From Methanopyrus kandleri AV19 (GTDB taxonomy: Archaea > JAADCQ01 > Methanopyri > Methanopyrales > Methanopyraceae): DNA of 32,000 nt. Every line of letters begins with the position of its first letter. The stretch's first letter is position 1. Below are positions 29,784 through 32,000 of the stretch, one piece after another. The stretch lies in contig NC_003551.1 of NCBI RefSeq assembly GCF_000007185.1, forward strand, positions 180,001-212,000, read 5' to 3'. A program made the position numbers and the translations under genes. The notes beneath the pieces were generated by a model. That model made no database searches. It was not told the origin of the DNA and saw only the letters and a program-made list of their open reading frames with translations.

Positions 29784-30659
29784 ATGGCACGAGACGGACG
29801 ACGGAAGTCACCCGTCGACGTCAGGATAATCGTGGAGGGAGCCGCCGACGCCGAGACCATCTCTAAAGTGATCCAACGGATGGCGCTCGGAGGAGAGTAC
29901 AACATCACAGTGACGTCCATCATCCCTACTACCCACGCCCACATCGCACGACGGACCGCCGAAGGTGCGGACTTAGTGCTCATTGCCACCGACGCGGACA
30001 AGCCTGGTCGCAAACTGGCCAAGAAGTTCCAGGAAGAGCTACGCGGCGTCGTAGGTCGAGTGGAACGCGTGAAGATGCCCATCGGACACGACGTGGAACA
30101 CGTGGACCTGGAAATAGTGGAGAAGGAGCTCCGCAGCGCCCTCGTCCGCGCCGGCCTCAAAAGTCTCAGGGACATTAAGGAGCTGCGCGAGGAGATCAAG
30201 GAGCTTCAAGAGGAAATCGAAGAGAAGGAAGAGCTCATCGAGGAACTCGAGGAGAAAGAATCGGAGTTGGAAGAACTGCGCGAGAGACTAAAGGAGATCG
30301 AGAAGGAAAAAGCGCTCCTGGAGGAGGAACGGGACAGACTACTGGATGAAGTCGAGCGGCTCAGAGACCGCCTCGAAGAGCTTGAGGAGGAGCTGGAATC
30401 CGCGGATCATCTGCGGATCATGGACCTCGAGTCCGTGTGTGAAGAGGCGGAGCTGAGCCCGGAGGACGTAGAGCCGGAGGTCCTAGAGGAGCTCGGAGAA
30501 GAGCTCGAAATCCCGATAGTGGTAGGGTCCACCCGAATTGCAGCACCGTCCAGGGAGGACGCTGTCAGGGTACTAAAGATCTACAAGCTCGCCCGAAAAG
30601 TGGTCGATGGCGAGGGGGAGGAGGAAAACGAAACGACTCCAGGAGATCCTGAAGTCTGA
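29784..30659 (+). CDS. Toprim-domain protein with coiled-coil extension
   Basis: VDVRIIVEGAADAETISKVI...GADLVLIATDADKPGRKLAKKF (E...DxD toprim pattern) then long E/L/R-rich heptads. Confidence 0.8.
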   Translation: MARDGRRKSPVDVRIIVEGAADAETISKVIQRMALGGEYNITVTSIIPTTHAHIARRTAEGADLVLIATDADKPGRKLAKKFQEELRGVVGRVERVKMPIGHDVEHVDLEIVEKELRSALVRAGLKSLRDIKELREEIKELQEEIEEKEELIEELEEKESELEELRERLKEIEKEKALLEEERDRLLDEVERLRDRLEELEEELESADHLRIMDLESVCEEAELSPEDVEPEVLEELGEELEIPIVVGSTRIAAPSREDAVRVLKIYKLARKVVDGEGEEENETTPGDPEV

Positions 30660-31632
30660 TGATTTCTTTCTAGAGAAGGTGGAGAAGCTCGAGGAGCTCG
30701 CAGAAGGTGAACCCTGTGCCCTCGTCAGGCGCCAAAACGTTGAGTGGATAACCCATTTTCCCGGTCTAGCGTTCCACGCCGACTTCGAGTCCGAAGAGTA
30801 CACGCTGGTTGTCCACCGTATGGATTCGAGGGCCGTTCGGGAGTGGCCGATTCCGGAGACCGTCGAAGTCATCACACACGATGAGGCCAACCGCCTGACT
30901 CCCGCCCGGGCCGTCGACGACGAGTCGGCGGCCCGCAAGGTACCCTGTTATAGGGTGAAGAACGTTAACGAGGACGTTACGAGGGCGCGTCTCTCCAAGT
31001 CGAAGAGTGAGCTGAGGTTCATTGAGGAGCTAGTGGAAGCGACCGAGCGGATACTCGTAAAAGTTCTCCCACCCGAAGACTCGGAGGCCGAGGTAGCATC
31101 CGACCTCATAAGGGAGGCCACGATTCGCGGCTTTCAAACGGCATTCGACCCTATAGTGGCGTATGACGAGGGTGCCGGTGTACCCCACCACCGACCGAGT
31201 CCCGAGGAAAAGACCTGGACGAAATGTGCGTTGGTAGATTACGGGATCAAGATGGTGTACTGCACGGACATCACGAGGACCGTAGTGTCCGAGAACGAGG
31301 CGGGAGACGTCCTCGAAGTCGTCGTGAACGCCCTCGAGGAGGCACTCCGAGAGCTTCAGGCGGGTGTGAACCCGAAGGAGCTCGAGGAAGAGCTGAGAGG
31401 GTGGATGGAAGACGAAGCGCCCGGATTCGAGTTCCCCCACAGCCTCGGCCACCATGTGGGAGTCACGGTCCACGAGGGCCGTCTCATGGGTCGATTGCCG
31501 GAGGGAGCCGTGATCACCGTAGAGCCCGGGCTTTACTCGGATGAGTTCGGGATCCGCGTCGAGGAAATGGTGGTCGTCGGGAAGCGAAAATGCCGAACGC
31601 TAACCAAGCTTCCGCGGGTGTGGGAGCGTTGA
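30607..31632 (+). CDS. M24-family metallopeptidase (Xaa-Pro aminopeptidase-like)
   Basis: ALVDYGIKMVYCTDITRTVV, FPHSLGHHVGVTVHE, TVEPGLY, RVEEMVVV metal-site motifs. Confidence 0.87.
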   Translation: MARGRRKTKRLQEILKSDDFFLEKVEKLEELAEGEPCALVRRQNVEWITHFPGLAFHADFESEEYTLVVHRMDSRAVREWPIPETVEVITHDEANRLTPARAVDDESAARKVPCYRVKNVNEDVTRARLSKSKSELRFIEELVEATERILVKVLPPEDSEAEVASDLIREATIRGFQTAFDPIVAYDEGAGVPHHRPSPEEKTWTKCALVDYGIKMVYCTDITRTVVSENEAGDVLEVVVNALEEALRELQAGVNPKELEEELRGWMEDEAPGFEFPHSLGHHVGVTVHEGRLMGRLPEGAVITVEPGLYSDEFGIRVEEMVVVGKRKCRTLTKLPRVWER

Positions 31633-32000
31633 AGGAAGTCCTACCGGGTATTCGAGCGCTGGGAGATCTAGAAGCCGCGGAGAAAGTCGTCAAGAGGTGC
31701 TCCGGTGGAAGCACGGTGATGGTGTGTGTGATCGGTAGTACCGAAATCAGCCGCGTTCCCGGTATCTCAGCCGCGGGTAAAACGCCGGAGTCAACCTTTC
31801 ACACACCCGCAGGAGATGTCGAGTTGATATACTACGACAGGATCATCAACGCCGAGGAGGTCCCACAGAACCCCGTGGGTGCTCCCTCACCCGCGGTGAT
31901 AACGAAAGCCGTCGTGAACTTGGCGTCTATCCCCTTCTTGACGGTGGATGCCGGGGCAGCCGTGAAACCCGCTTGCCCCTACATCGACCTCGGAGGTGAG
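31629..32000 (+). CDS. N-terminal part of an archaeal CobT-like/UPF0284 (nicotinate-nucleotide-dimethylbenzimidazole phosphoribosyltransferase-like) protein, truncated by the window end
   Basis: Read manually from TTG 31629: LKEVLPGIRALGDLEAAEKVVKRCSGGSTVMVCVIGSTEISRVPGISAAGKTPESTFHTPAGDVELIYYD...GAPSPAVITKAVVNLASIPFLTVDAGAAVKPACPYIDLGGE; not in the ORF track. Confidence 0.8.
   Translation, partial: MKEVLPGIRALGDLEAAEKVVKRCSGGSTVMVCVIGSTEISRVPGISAAGKTPESTFHTPAGDVELIYYDRIINAEEVPQNPVGAPSPAVITKAVVNLASIPFLTVDAGAAVKPACPYIDLGGE

Noticed and set aside
30190-30420. Repetitive GAG/GAA-rich tract resembling a short repeat array
   Set aside because: Explained by coiled-coil E/L/R heptads in the Toprim protein; no unit/spacer periodicity as in CRISPR.

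Overview
Archaeal (methanogen-like) chromosomal window. From recognisable protein sequences and the selenocysteine tRNA I infer it is Methanopyrus kandleri or a close relative; no database was searched. It is gene-dense, GC-rich and essentially all chromosomal core. Recognisable genes: tgtA, trm1-like, archaeal PEP carboxylase, a ChlI/ChlD-type chelatase fusion, nth, an HD phosphohydrolase, DUF447, a CitG-like protein, PAP2, hemB, hemA, nep1, phosphoglycolate phosphatase, DHH, pyrG, UPF0280, engB, a Sec61-beta-like protein, UPF0282 MBL, a JAMM protease, Roadblock/LC7, MinD, PUA, LSM, L37e, Toprim, an M24 peptidase and the start of a CobT-like gene. No CRISPR array, transposon or integrase was seen. 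Most notable items: (1) an unlisted tRNA-Sec(UCA) with the archaeal 9+4 fold at 8239..8327(+), lying under the artefactual N-terminus of the nth ORF; (2) a divergent covalent-nucleotidyltransferase (RNA/DNA ligase-like) protein at 21559..22800(-) with a long charged insertion; (3) a fucose/arabinose-isomerase-like gene split by a single +1 frameshift at about 4476; (4) an AT-rich orphan gene inserted in opposite orientation between hemB and hemA; (5) a 48-aa ORF below the ORF-track cutoff at 21402..21548(+); (6) a chelatase with a cysteine cluster inserted in its AAA domain; (7) a Roadblock / unknown / MinD module.
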